This document shows positions 50,831 through 64,000 of a stretch of DNA of 64,000 bases, in pieces. Made by a program: the position numbers and the translations under genes. This DNA is from Mytilus trossulus. Its lineage: Eukaryota. Below the pieces are notes generated by a model, which was not told the origin of the DNA, did no database searches, and worked only from the letters and a program-made list of their open reading frames with translations. Numbering within the stretch: position 1 is the first letter of the stretch; each line of letters begins with the position of its first letter. The stretch covers positions 9,052,001-9,116,000 of the forward strand of contig NC_086386.1 of assembly GCF_036588685.1 (NCBI RefSeq), read 5' to 3'.

Positions 50831-53630
50831 TGTTCATTTGTAAGTGTCTAAAATTTCAACTCGTAATGTGAACCAATTTATATTCCAAGTTGATGACATC
50901 CATTTTATATCATTCCGTATCTAAAAATAGCACGTACATTACTAAATCAGCAACCACATGCAAACATATTACATGAATATGGCAAGCCGTTGTTGAATTT
51001 ATTCCCTATTTATTAATAGTACGAAAGGCTTTTGAGTTATTTGTACAAGTAAAACATGTAAAAATAAACATAACTTTATTTTTGATCTTGTTATTTATAC
51101 AACAATTAGTTGATAGAAGATTAAAAGCAGGTGTTTCGTGTTATTTTTGTTATTAATATTTTCCACTGATCTAGTTCAGCTACATGATCGCAGTAAAGTA
51201 TGATCATCGTATAATATGGTAACAAGGAAGTAATTATATACATAGCCGACAATGGTAGCATTATTTGGTCCTGCCGTTTCACTATCAAAGATCCATTAAA
51301 AAAATCGAATTCTGAATTATCAAGACCTTTTGGTGTAATTGCAATGGTCAAACACATAGTGTGCCGCAGCTTTTTTGATAGAAAAATGGCATTTTTTAAG
51401 GGTAGTCAACGGTTCCGGAATTTTCGCAATAGTATGAATGAAGAACACCCCTTGCGAAATTTGGCACACAAAATGTTGCTTGTCTCAGAGAGTTTTTCGC
51501 TATTTCTACACCAATGGCCAACACCCATTTCTCACTATTTCAATTATAATTGCTAATTACCAAGGCAGCAGAAAATAAAGGTAAAAGTGTCTTTCAAACT
51601 GGTCTTAGTGTTAAAAGTGGTCGAAGTTGTCTGTACTGCATCAGTTCCGAGTTTTCTCTAAGTTGGTCCGAGGTGTTGGGGTCCGACTATTTTTGTCCGA
51701 GTTGTCTTCGACTGACTTGTCGTTTGTCCTAGTGTCCTATTTGTTATACGCTAGCTATACGTATTGGGTCCGTTCTCCCTAATTACATGTTCATCCCAGG
51801 TCCGTGTATATAACTAATCATTTACTAATATACTGTGTATATATACATTTCAGGTTTCAGTCATCCTTATCATTAAAGAAAAAAACCTCGGAAGATGTTG
51901 ACTCTCATTTATGACTGATACTCAACTAACAGCTGAAACACAGTGAATTTTCAATGCCAGTTCTACAGTGCCCTATAGACGGCTGTAATTGGAAATCTCA
52001 GGACATAGATGCAGTATTTACCGCTGCTCTACAGATTCATGACAGAACCGTCTACGGTCTACCCACCTCTGGCTCAACCGTCAACGCACAAGTTAAAATT
52101 GTACCCACCTTCTATAGCTACAGGATGTGATCAAGATCAATGGTTTGCCTTCACTAGACAGTGGAAGATTTATAAAACAGGTATGGCGATTACAGACAAT
52201 GTCTTGCCTACAGCCCTTTTCTACTGCTGTGACACTAATCTGCGTACAGATTTATATTATGCGTGACCTTTAAGGTGAGATTGAACAGAATGACTCAATC
52301 ACCTGGTTCAAATATCAGAACTTGTTTGGCCAGTCTCAGAGGCCAAGCAGCACTCTGTCAATATAAAGCAACGTGTAAAGAATTAGGTTGCAACCATATA
52401 GTTGACTATAGTGATGAGATAATCCAGGGCAATTTAGTAAGAGGTATTGCAGACCCATAACTTATGTCTTACCTGCTAGGTGACTCCAAGACAGATAGAA
52501 CACTTTAAGAGACTGGCTCGTTTATTGCTCAGAAAGAGCAGGGTAAAGTAACAAGGAGTGCAGTAGGATATTCAGCTAGTGTCATGAGTGTCACATGTAA
52601 TACGAAAAAACGACTACAAGCATCTGGAACCAAATTATGGGCTTGTGGTGGTCCTGCTCATGAACAGAGGACGGATCGCAAGGCCAGGCTTAGAAACTAT
52701 GAAGCTTGGACTATCACATGTGCTAAATTTACAGTCAAAAGTCATTACACCAAATCATGCAGCAAGTGCACTACATGTGGTGTATGAGGCCACCGTGATG
52801 CATCTTTGAGAATCTGAGCTTAAGGTAATGGCCACAGATACCCGCCCAATCAAGGGGAATCAACCAAAGATACAGAACAAGAACAAGTTGGTTATATCTA
52901 TGAGCAGCTGTGCACTACATCTGAACAGACAAACCAATAACCGGTATCACGTCGTGAACATCACATATTTGACGGACATTGGGTGGCCAGACCTTACAAA
53001 TCACACCCAATGCTCCTGGTGAACCTGACACCCTAACCTAGAGACCATGCATCGTTTATACATCCCATTTAATACACCTCTCAGCTCAAGACAATCACTA
53101 TGTCCATGGTGGCTAATACAGGATGCCAGAGTTCAATCATACCTTTAGAATCTGCAAACAATTTTGGAATAACAGAAAAGGATCTCCTTCCAGTCAATGA
53201 AAAAAGCTTTCATTTGCAGAGAAGCACTCATATCTCTTGGAATTATTCACACAAACTTTCTTATTTGTCACATCTCCAAACATTGCTTATCTATGGAAAA
53301 CTCTGAAGATGTAACCTGCTCTTTTCCTAGACGTCGACCTTCACCACCACCTGTTCCCACATCGTACCACCCGGTCTGAAGGCCACAGAGGAACATGTAG
53401 AGTCACTAAAAGAGTGTCTTCTTGATTACTATGGTGCTACAACATTTAATTTCTGTGAACATCAACCTTTACCGCTTATGAATTGTGAGCCTCTAAAACT
53501 CCATGTTGATCCTAGTGCCACACCCGTAGCCGTCCAAAATTGAAAATCAGCACTTGTTCCTATCCTTTGACAGGATACAGTGTATGCTGATCTTGAGAGG
53601 GATGCTCGCATTGGTGTACTAGAACGAGTA

Positions 53631-54384
53631 CTGTGAAAGTACTTTTATTCGTGGGGTACCAATTTTCGTGGTTTTCGTGGATGACTTTATTCCCGAATTT
53701 GAGTGTCCAACGAAATAAAACAACCATTGTCCAAATCAAGACATGGAAGATTCCCATTTGGTTTGACCACTGATATGATCTAGAGAATATATTAAATAAC
53801 GTTAAATCTGAGAATACTGTAATAGCCGTCATAGAACTACAACTGCATGCAAGGTTATACCCATTTAATCTTTACTAACATAAACTGAATAACTTTTGAT
53901 ATTTTAATTCCCATAAACAATATTTTTAATCGATGAAAGTCAGATTTCCGGTATATGCTAGCATGATAAAGTGTTCATTTTATATCCTCATAGTTCTCGT
54001 ACATATTGGAAACAATAATTTCATGCTGGGCTTGATTTTGATTAGAATTATTTGACAATTCAAGATACGTTCATAGCATTTGTTTATGTTAAATGTTTTC
54101 TTTAGGTGACATATTGATGGCCTAATTAACACCTTTGGTGGCCTTTAATCTGTTGATCATTTTATCTTGGGTTAATTAGTGTTGTTACTATGATTTACAC
54201 GTGTCAATGTTTTCTTTGTAATTTCCCTCAATTCACACTATTTGTAATCTTCGTTTCTAAAGGCTTTTATTTTTCTCAATTTTGTTTTTAGAAAACTAAA
54301 ATCCACGAATTAAAAAACCCACGAACATGTTAATATTGCGCAAACCACGAAAATTGATACCCACGAATTCAAGTACTTTAACAG
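53631..54384. mobile_element. TA-TSD MITE inserted in Gypsy pol
   Basis: TA|CTGTGAAAGTACTT..TTCGTGG ... CCACGAATTCAAGTACTTTAACAG|TA; removal restores VLERV-SQNTPTTW. Confidence 0.85.
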
Positions 54385-57300
54385 TAAGTCAAAACACACC
54401 TACAACTTGGTGCTCAAAAATGGTGGTAACCAGCAAGGATGATGGCACTCCAATGCGTACAGTAGACCTACAACCACAAAATCCACATTCTGTTCGGCAA
54501 TCACATCATGTCCCAACTCCTTTCATCTGGCTGATCGTGTCTCTCAATGTATAATAAAACAGTGACAGACGCTTGGACTGGGTACCACTCAGTGCTTATT
54601 TGTGAAGAAGATCGCCATTTCACAACATTCATCACACCATGGGGGCGCTTCAGGTACAAGGTTGCTCCACAGGGATTCATGGCCAGCGGTGACTCTTACA
54701 ATCAACGATTTGATGCTATAATGTCATCTTTCAGCGACAAGGTTAAATGTGTGGATCACACATGTATGTGGACGAACTCTATTGAAGCAGCATTTTTTTC
54801 AGACATGTGAATGACTCGACCTGTATGCTCGTAAAAGCATTACATTAAACCCAAAAAAGTTTTAATTTGCTCTAGACACTGTCAATTTTTGAAAAGAATT
54901 ACAATCACCCTAACAAAATACCACCAAGTACTAAGTTCCTAGATTTTATTTGCAACTTCCCAACACCAACTGACATTACTGATGTAAGAGCTGGGTTTGT
55001 GCTTATAAACCAGCGAGCATATGCATTTTACATGGCAAGACAAATGAAACCTTTTCGTGCTCTATTGAAACTGTCCACAACATTCTGCTGGACAAATGAA
55101 TTAGATGAAGTATTTCACAAATCCAAAGAGATCATTATTCAGGAGATGAAGGAAGGTGTTTGTCTTTTTTGACCATGCTCGTATGACATGCCTAGCTACC
55201 GACTGGTCTGTTGACGGAATTGGGTTTTTTTTATGCAGAAGAACTGTCAAAGCTAAAATAAAACCTAACTGCTGCAATTACGGTTGGAGACCATATCTAG
55301 TTGGCAGCAGATTCACACATCCAGCAGAAACCAGATATGCTCCTATTGAATGTGATGCCTTGGCCGTTGTGTATGCACTTCACCAAACACGCTACTATGT
55401 TCTTGGTTTCAAAGACCTTCTTGTTGCAACTGACCACAGGCCACTACTCCAGATTCTGAACGATCGATCACTCACAGACATCGACAACAGACGACTTCTC
55501 AATCTCAAAGAGAACACTTTAGGGTACAGGTTCACAATTCTTCATGTACCAGGCAGAAAGAACCTTGGGCCAGATGCAGCGTCACGATATCCTGTTGGAC
55601 CACCAGATCGCCTGAAATTACTTGGTGAAGCACCTGAATTTGATTCCCTAGTTCAAATGATACACTTACCAGTCTATGTCTACATACAATAATAAAGATA
55701 CAGCTAATGACGCCTTCACAGTTACTGCTGCCACATGTGCCTTGAATGCTGTTATCACAGTTGTTACTTGGAGCATAGTTCGTGAGGCCACTGCATCAGA
55801 CCCTACATTTTTAAATCTCATCAGGCACCTGGAATCATGATTCCCAGAAGACTACAAGGAGCTACCAACAGACTTGTGTCCTTATCATCGCTTTGCATCT
55901 AGTTTATGCACCGTGGATGATATAGTTCTTATGGGCCAACGAATTCTTATACCTCCAGCTCTTTGCAAACCAGTACTCAGCGCTTTACACGCAGCCCACC
56001 AAAGAGTCAGCGCTATGCGTGCGAGGGCCATGGACTCTGTATATTGGCCTGAGATCACAGTATATATTGGCCGGGTGAGAGACCAGTGTGTTTACTGCCA
56101 TCAGATGGCCAAGTCAAACCCTCTGCAGCCACCATCTGTCATAACACCTCCAGATTATCCATTCCAGATGATTTGCAGTGACTATTAGTACTTCAAATAT
56201 AACAGTAATGTTATGTAGTTATTGTTCAAAGGTATTCCAAGTGGCCAACGTCTAAATCAGGTACAGAAGGACTTGACAAGAGACATCGTGAGACGTTCGT
56301 GATATTTGTTATCCCAGAAGAGTTGACGTCTGATGGAGGTCCACAGTTCACAGCAGGGAAACTCAAACGTTTTTAAAGGTCTGGGGAGTTCGTAAAAGAT
56401 TTTCGTCAGTTGCAAACCCACACGCTAACTACAGGGCTGAGATAGCGGTAAAAACAGTAAAACGCATGGTGGTGGACAACATCACTGCTGTTGAATCTCT
56501 GAATGTTGACAAATTCCAGAGCTTTACTGATGTACAGAAATTCGATTGACCCAGAGACAAAAGCATCACCGGCATGATTATGTTTGGACGACCCATTCGT
56601 GATGCCATTCCCATACTGATGGGTAGATATTCTCCGTACGAAACATGGACTGAGTTAATGTCTTACTGAGAGATGGCTCTTGCCAAACGTCATTCAAGGG
56701 AACATGAACGCTGGAATGAACACACTCATCACCTGCCAACACAACAGGTTGGAGATCATGTATACATACAAAACGTGGTATGCAACCATCCCAGGAGATG
56801 GGAACGTACAGGAACAAGTGTTGAAGTACGCCAATACCACAGGTATGTTATACGTGTGGATCGCACAGGCCGGGTAAATATCCGCAACCGCCAACACCTT
56901 CGAAAGTTCACTCCTTTTCAAACCAACCAAACACAAGGTACGTTGATGGCACCTACTGCAGTTCAACATCAAGAAGTAATCTTGAGCTCTCCAACTACAT
57001 CCAAGACGACACAGCCACAAGTGCCCAAGATTCCAGTGTTTTTATCACCAAAAAAATATTAAGTCAACCAGCTGCATTGAATGAGACACCAAGTATAGTC
57101 CCCGCTCATAAACAGGCGACTTAGACAATTCAACAGCCTACACAAATAGATTTGGACCAGACATTCCACCACACCCCTGAACCAGATGTACCTACTATGT
57201 CTAAGATACCACGTGCTCTATCACGTTTTCAGCCACACAATACAGCTGGAGAAAAGGAACTATTGACACTACGAAGACCGAGGCGCCGCAACACAACAGA

Positions 57301-57556
57301 ACATAACATTGATGAATCAGGACCTGAATAACGAATTATGCATAGACATTGATAAGTGAATCTAGAGACTTTGTGTTTAAAATTGTGAAAGGACACCATA
57401 CGTGTCATCTTGTTCGCGTCCGGAATACTTTAACAGAACATTCCTGAAGATTTGTTTTCTAATAGACTTGACTTTATTTGTTTATTTTTTTATCGTATCC
57501 AAAAAATTGTCCCCGGGGGAGGAGATAACTAATTATTTACTAATGTACTGTGTATA

Positions 57557-60500
57557 TGTTACAGTAAATAGGTGAAATTAGGAATTACAAGTAATCACTG
57601 AACAGTTCAGTAAATACCTGTAATTCCTAGCCAATTTAGTTATTACATGTATTTACTGATTGTTTCAGGTATTACAGGTAATCACTGATTTTTTTTGTTA
57701 TTTTTTCAGCTATTTACTGACTGTCAAATTTAAGACATAAATCGAGAAATCAAATACGAAAGTAAAAAAGATAGGCGAGATTATGGCTTACTTTAGGGTA
57801 AATGAATCAAATATCATTTAATATTGCATGTGTTAACTTATAGTTTGTGAATTGTAACAAGAGAATGGCTGTGTTATAATTTTGAAAACTAGCTGATAAT
57901 AATATTTAATTTATTTTGAAACATGCAAATTATTGGTGAAACCCATGACATGGCAATGTTTTATACACAAATTATATGAACCAAAAATACACATTTCATC
58001 ATTTAACATAGAACATGTAGAACTAATACCTATTTATATAATGAATGAAAGTTACTTGTTATGGCATGACAAACTGTTATGACATCTAGAGTTGCATAAA
58101 ACGTTAGATTTGACACATTTGCAGGTCTTTCTTACACAACCTGTCTTACATGCACACTTTAGGAATCCCTGTCCATCCCCGATTGACTGTTGCCGTGCTG
58201 CTTCCCTTACATTTAACTCTACAAGGGTATTTGCATCTTGCAAAGCTAACGAATGAATTGGTGAAAAAATAAATTGATTCCTCGAGTAAGATCCATTTAA
58301 AATTCCGTCCTTTGAGCCGAGTTTGAATTGGTCATTTGTCTGATCATGTTCCAAAACTATGCACAAAAGATTTCTCGGATCTCCACGCCCCCTATCGACA
58401 CTAGGAATGGGAACAGTAACGTTATCACCAACTTGTACAGGTCTCAAAATTTGATTGCTTCGAGCAACCATCTTTTCGGCTTGCTTTGACAAGTTTGAGC
58501 CACTGACATGACGTTCCCGTTGAATGCATTCCGAACGGACACATATGTCGCAACAGATCTGTAATATTGAATCAGTCTGAAAAAATGCAGAGCATTTGTT
58601 GCATTCACGTTCATATTGTAAACATTGCACCTCATTCAGAGTTTCATCATCTACAGAGTTACTTTGAGGTACTATGATGTCCAGTAGTGCAGCTTCGAAA
58701 TAGGAGCTCTGTTGGCTATCCTGAGTTTCGAAGATTGGTTGCCTATCAGACGTGTCAGATATTTCAGAGGTTGGTTGACTATCAGGTAATGAACTATTCA
58801 CCACGCGTATAGCACTGATTTGATTAACTGATGTTACAAGCTGATAATCTTGAGCAACCAAATCCTCATTATTGCTTTGAGAAACTAGACCATGATGTCT
58901 GGTTGTCATCTCAAAATTCAAATCCTCTTCTTGCTGCAGAGTCTGTAGCAATTCAGTTGGTATTGGAGAAGACGCTAGGCCAACCTTTGGTGGACAACCA
59001 AACATTGCCTCGTAGGGTGAACGTTTGATTCCAGAGTGATTACGGCGATTTTTCTGAAACTGCACAAATTTAATTCCAGTTGCCCATTTTGTAGTTTTGT
59101 TGTCTCTCATCCAACTCACTAGCATGTCATGTACATCTCCATTGGACCTTTCTACACTGCCTTGGGATTGAGGATGACGTGGTTTTCCATGTACTATTAC
59201 CAATTCAGGCCATAACTGCTTCAGTTCGAGAATGCTGTTAGCTGTAAATTCCCTGCCATTGTCACTCTGCAAAATGTGAGGAGCTCCAAATACAAGAAAT
59301 ACATTTGTAAGAAGTTTATATGCAACTTCAGCAGCTCTTTTTGACGACAGACTTTCAATTACACCAAATTTTGTTAAATGATCTTGATAGTTCATAATAA
59401 ATTTAAGTCTCCATCAGGCATACTCTGCATATCAATGAGATCAACTTGCCCTCGAGAGTTAAACTCTTTTGACAAAATAGGTTTCACTACGACCCCTTTT
59501 GCTGGATTTTTCCGTCGAAGCTGACATTCTTCACACATAGATTTGTATAGATTTATGGCGCTAAGTGTCACGTTTGCATATTTTTTGTTCAGTTCCTTCT
59601 GCATCTTATCTCTACCAGCATGGTTGAGTGCACTGTGGGATTTCTTAATAACATCAAATGTCTCTTCAAGTGAGACGAAGTACAGAATAGGATCTTCTTC
59701 TGTTTTTCTCTTTCTTATCAGTTTTTCCAGACCTGCAATCTGCAGCACTTCATACCTGCAAGAAATTGTAATACAAGTATAAAAGTAAGGAGATGTGGGA
59801 TGAGTGCTAATGTAACACCTATGCATCAAAGTTAAAATTAAGTAGATGTAATTATTATGTTAATCAACCGTTGTTGCCTTCGACAATGAAGACAAAAAAA
59901 CACAGCAGCAGTCATTTTAAATGGGAAGTACCCATGCAGTAGATTATAAATTTGATTTGAACCACCGACCTTCAATAGGAAAAAATGCCAATATAAAACA
60001 ATGATATAAGTTATATTAAAACCTGGCAAGAAAACGTACACCCCCCTTTAAATTAAATGGTCTTTCTCTAAAGGATTAAAATACATTGATATGTGTATTT
60101 AGTGTTTTAGGGGCTACACAGAAATGTCATGAAAAAAAATCACTTACCTTGAGAGCAGATTGTAATCATCTCTTGTCCTTTTTATTGTTTCACTTTCACA
60201 TAAAATGTTGAATCTGCTAATTATGATGTTAAGTTTCTCCTTTGGCATTAAAACCCTATCACATTTTTCATTGTACATTTTTAATAACTCCTCTGTAAAT
60301 ATTTTTTCTTTCTCATTAGCCATTTTCAACAAATATGTTTAACCTTGTCACTATATATCTGCATATATGTTTTTAGTTTAACATCAAAATATATTATAGA
60401 ATGATCACTTTTAAATAGTACTCACTGACCTTCTATTCAGAATAACCTAAACTTTTGACCAGCTGACCATATTACTACATTGTTTTAACAGTTAGTAAAT

Positions 60501-60654
60501 AGCTGTAAAAATGCATTTAAAAATTAGTAATTACTGGTAATAACTGGGCAGTTTCAGGAATTACTTGTATTTACTAAGTACATTAGGAATTACCTGTAAT
60601 TCCTGAATTTTAGTAAATACATGTAATTCCTAATTTCACCTATTTACTGTAACA
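57557..60654 (-). mobile_element. Ginger2-like DNA transposon, near-intact
   Basis: Perfect 33-bp TIR TGTTACAGTAAATAGGTGAAATTAGGAATTACA, TGT..ACA termini, TATA TSD (57553-57556, 60655-60658), subterminal repeats over about 170 bp. Confidence 0.9.
58052..60323 (-). CDS. KRBA2/SCAND3-like DDE integrase/transposase; exons 60323-60148 and 59755-58052; one 1-bp frameshift near 59405
   Basis: AG|GTAAGT donor and TTGCAG|G acceptor, phase 2; HHCC (H..HAGRDKM..CEEC), QVDLID, YQDHLTKF, LQSDNGREF, HPQSQGSVERSN; Cys-rich C-terminus CACKTGC..CKC..CNSRCH..C; about 626 aa if the frameshift is repaired. Confidence 0.85.
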
Positions 60655-60726
60655 TATATATACGATTCAGGTATTAGTCATCCTTATTTTAAAGACATAA
60701 ACCTAGGAAGATGTTGACTCTCATTT

Positions 60727-62760
60727 GCATTCGACCTGGGTCCAAAACGTCCAACTTCAATTTGAAGCTTATGAGCAGAAATACGTAATTTGCATATAGA
60801 TCTTCTAAAATCAAAGTCCTTAATTAAAGAAAGATCATTTTCATAACCAAAATTCTGTTTTAATTTCACATAATTAAACAGTTTCCATCAGAAGATTTAT
60901 TTTGGCTAGCATACCAATTGCTAATATATTTAGTGTGAATTAATTTGCTAGATATGTTCAAAATTTTATATTGTCCGAAATGTTTTACTTCTTTGTCCGA
61001 AATGTTTTACTTCTTGTTTAATTTCAAAAACTTCTAATACTTTTTTAGCAAATGAGAACCAAGAAGTTATGTTAGATTTGTGAAGCTCTTGGCTGCATTT
61101 TAAGCATCTTTCAATAGACTGAATTCAGTTGTAAGATTTTCAAATCTATACCAGTATTTTACAATTGACTTTACAATATCACAATGTAAGGGGAAACGCC
61201 CCAGTTCTGATAATACAGCAAAATTGACACTCCTTTTGTGTACCCCAAGTATAAATTTAGAAAATTTAAGATGGAGATTCTCACACTTAAGACTTTTAAA
61301 AATATTTTCAATATTGAATAAGGAAGACTGTAATTCATAACAAGAAACATTATAACCTCCCCATACCTCTGAATTATATAACAGAATGGGTTTAAGGGTA
61401 TGATAAAAAAAAATATGAACACAACATTTTATTCAGGAGACAAATTGATAAAATCCTTTCTAAGTTTATAGTAGACCTTAAGAGCCTTATTATAAAGTTA
61501 TTTAGCTAGATGAAAACTTCCAGATGCAGTAAAGTGAACACCTAAATATTTTTAATGAGTGACACAGTCAATCAAGTTATTCTGCAGTCGAAGATTCGCC
61601 TGAATTTTCCTTCCAGCCTTATTAAAAATTATGACTTTAGTCTTTTTAATATTTACTTTCAGGCACCAGTCAGCACAATATTTTTCTAGCTAATCAAGTC
61701 TACTTTGAAGCCCTGTGGCTGATGTTGACATAATCACAATATCATCCGCATACTTTAAACAAATTAATTTCTCTGAGTGCAGGGAAACTGCATCCAGACA
61801 GGAGTCAAGATAAGATGGGAAGTCATTAATTTTTACAAATTTTAAATAATGAAGGACTCAAGTTGTCTCCTTGTCTTACACCTAATTGAATGCTAAAAGG
61901 GTCAGTGAGAGAAGCTCCAACTCTTACACATGCTTGACTATTGTTATACATATCTGATATAATATAATAAAATAAAGTACCAACTTTCATATTAATTAGC
62001 TTCAGTTTAAGACCTATATGAATTACACTGTCGAATGCTTTGCAAAAGTCTACAAAACAAGTATATAATCTACCCTCTTTACTGTGACAGTATTTGTCTA
62101 TCAGTGTTTTTAAAATAAATATATGATCTGAAGTTCTGGCATTTTTTGTAAAGCCAATATGAGAATTATGAATTAAGTTGTTTTGGTACAAAAGTTTGTC
62201 AAGTCTTGTATTCAAAATATTTTTAAAAATAAAACCATCAGCCCAAATCTTTGGGTACACACTATTCTTGAGGCACAAATTAAATAATTTATATAAGCAA
62301 CCTATCAAATATGACTGACTATATTTTAACATTTCATTTGAAATCAAATCAGGTCCACAGGCCTTGCATGATTTTAAGCTCGCAATAGAATCGGAAATTT
62401 CTTTTTTACTAATACCATTATCTAAATCATTTAAAACTAAAAAAAAATCTTTGTCATTCATTGTCAGGATCATTTACAACTGGTTAAGTCGTGAATAAAA
62501 TGTGTTATCCATTGCAGAGTGAAGATTACGAAAGTGATTGGCCCATGTATCAGAATCAATTTGTGAAGAGCAGTTTTCTTTTTTGCTATCCCGGGCTGAA
62601 TGTCATTTATTAATTTCCAATACTGCTTATGGTTTTCAACTCTAAGAGTATCAAGTTTTTGTAGCATGGAATAGATAAATTAATTTTGCTTATATTTAAC
62701 TTTTCTACATTTATTATAGATTCTAAAATATTTATAGTATCTGCCTTTAATAACAGCTAG
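60727..62760 (-). mobile_element. Decayed non-LTR retrotransposon ORF2 (RTE-X-like or CR1-like)
   Basis: KACGPDLISNEMLK, FVDFCKAFDSV, GVRQGDNLSPSLF, YADD (about 61740-61752), YLGV, CKLRISAHKLQIEVGR. Confidence 0.8.
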
Positions 62761-63127
62761 GATCCTTAGGATTTTTGTATTCACTCAACCTTTAGTTTTA
62801 AAGGGAATTCATTTTCCTAGTCATTACATTATAATTCTTTAGAGTAATCAGATCGAAAAACTTACCCACCCTCCCTCCCTTTTTTATTTTGTTTAAAAAT
62901 TCCATTTTATTTATTTATTTATTTTGCATGTTTTGCATCAGTAACTTATGTGGCGGATATTTAATTTTTGGGCCGCCATTATGTGTTGTTTTCTAGTTCA
63001 ACTGAATAAATATTAGTATTTGTATATGTCTTGGTAATTGTTCTTTATATCATTGTAAAAACATGTATGTAAAGATTTATGTTTTCGGCCAAATAAATTT
63101 ATATTATTATTACAATCTTTTATGAAG

Positions 63128-63345
63128 CCAGGAAGTAATTGTTACTAAGATGCACCTGAGATCACCCCAGTTTTTTATGGTGCTCCTGTTGCTTAGCCTT
63201 TAGTTTTCTATGTTGTGTCTAGTGTACTGACTTGTATGTGTCTCTTCTTTTTTTTCCTTTTTAGCCATGGCATTGTCATTTTATTTTCGATCTTTGAGTT
63301 TGAGTGACTGACTGTCCTTTCTTGAATCTTTCGCTCCTCTTTGAT
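63128..63345 (+). repeat. Dispersed repeat (gcacctgagatcacccc...ttagccatggc.ttgtca family)
   Basis: Related text at about 37560-37640 and 47880-48100. Confidence 0.55.
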
Positions 63346-63679
63346 CATTATTAAATATAAATAACAAGAACAAAACTCAAGAAATTTATTATGGCTTTAT
63401 AAACTTTATTGAAAAGCACTTTACGCCCATATGGACCAATGGCTTAAAACATTATACATAATATACAGTTTACATAAAACAATGAAAATAAACAATGGAC
63501 ACACTTTGAACTATAATTTGTCTTTTTTTTAAATCAATATATATATATATTTATATAAGAGATTCAAATTATATCAAGATATAATTTTACACGAGATACG
63601 AAACGTCTCAGTTACAAACCAAGCTACTAGTATTTATACGAATCGACCAGGTACGAAAGAATCCATGACAAATCACCCC

Positions 63680-64000
63680 ACCGGAATATCGCCCACACCT
63701 GATCGCCCCACTTTTTCACCAACTCGCCCCACTTTGAAAAATAACCGCCTCAACCTGGATTACCAAATCCCACCACTATTTAAAAAATCGCCTCACTTGT
63801 GAAATGTGTTAAATCCCGTTAATATAACTCCTGCCAACTCGTCCCACTTAATGGAAAACGATCAAATCTAGATAAATATATTATTAACCAGGATGAATTT
63901 AGTAATGCCAACACTCGCCCCACTTATGGAACAAGATGTTATCCCGTTGTATATAAGTTAAATCCCGTGAATATTACTCCTGCTATTAACTCGCCCCACT
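63680..64000. repeat. Array of aactcgccccact motifs, probably one end of a TIR element that runs off the window
   Basis: Motif at about 63703, 63721, 63837, 63912, 63988. Confidence 0.5.

Larger units (their letters stand above)
51742..60726 (+). mobile_element. Decayed Gypsy (Mag-like) LTR retrotransposon
   Basis: LTR segment 51811-51910 recurs at 57526-57556 plus 60659-60726; PPT gggggaggaga at 57515-57525; gag MPVLQCPIDGC at 51954; protease ANTGCQS; RT YKVAPQGF..KCVDH; RNase H ATDWS..YAPIE..TDHRPL; integrase H-x3-H..C-x2-C and SDGGPQF; many stops and frameshifts. Confidence 0.9.

Noticed and set aside
59392-59410. Programmed ribosomal frameshift in the Ginger transposase
   Set aside because: A single-base loss in a short T run explains it, and spliced DNA-transposon genes are not known to need recoding. 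Only conservation across copies would revive the idea.

Overview
AT-rich eukaryotic DNA, most likely a bivalve such as Mytilus (inferred from repeat families I recognise, not proven). I found no recognisable host gene. The window is a dense nest of transposable elements. Main contents: (1) a five-exon piggyBac-type transposase gene (12342-18276) with all three catalytic Asp, GT-AG phase-compatible introns and one premature stop; it has no piggyBac TTAA ends and sits between unrelated inverted termini (11930-18880). (2) A near-intact, intron-containing Ginger2-like (KRBA2/SCAND3-type integrase) DNA transposon (57557-60654) inserted in the 3' LTR of a decayed Gypsy element. (3) At least four sequence types of minimal type I hammerhead ribozyme, including two retrozyme-like tandem units (334 nt and 574 nt; the 574-nt unit has a fully intact ribozyme) and hammerheads at Penelope-like element ends. 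(4) A cluster of Penelope-like elements next to (TA)n tracts, one interrupted by a Tx1/L1 LINE. (5) Many non-autonomous TIR elements with readable target-site duplications (TAA, TTA, TA, 5 bp), plus LINE and SINE fragments. Most short ORFs in the supplied track are spurious. All family assignments come from motif recognition without database searches.
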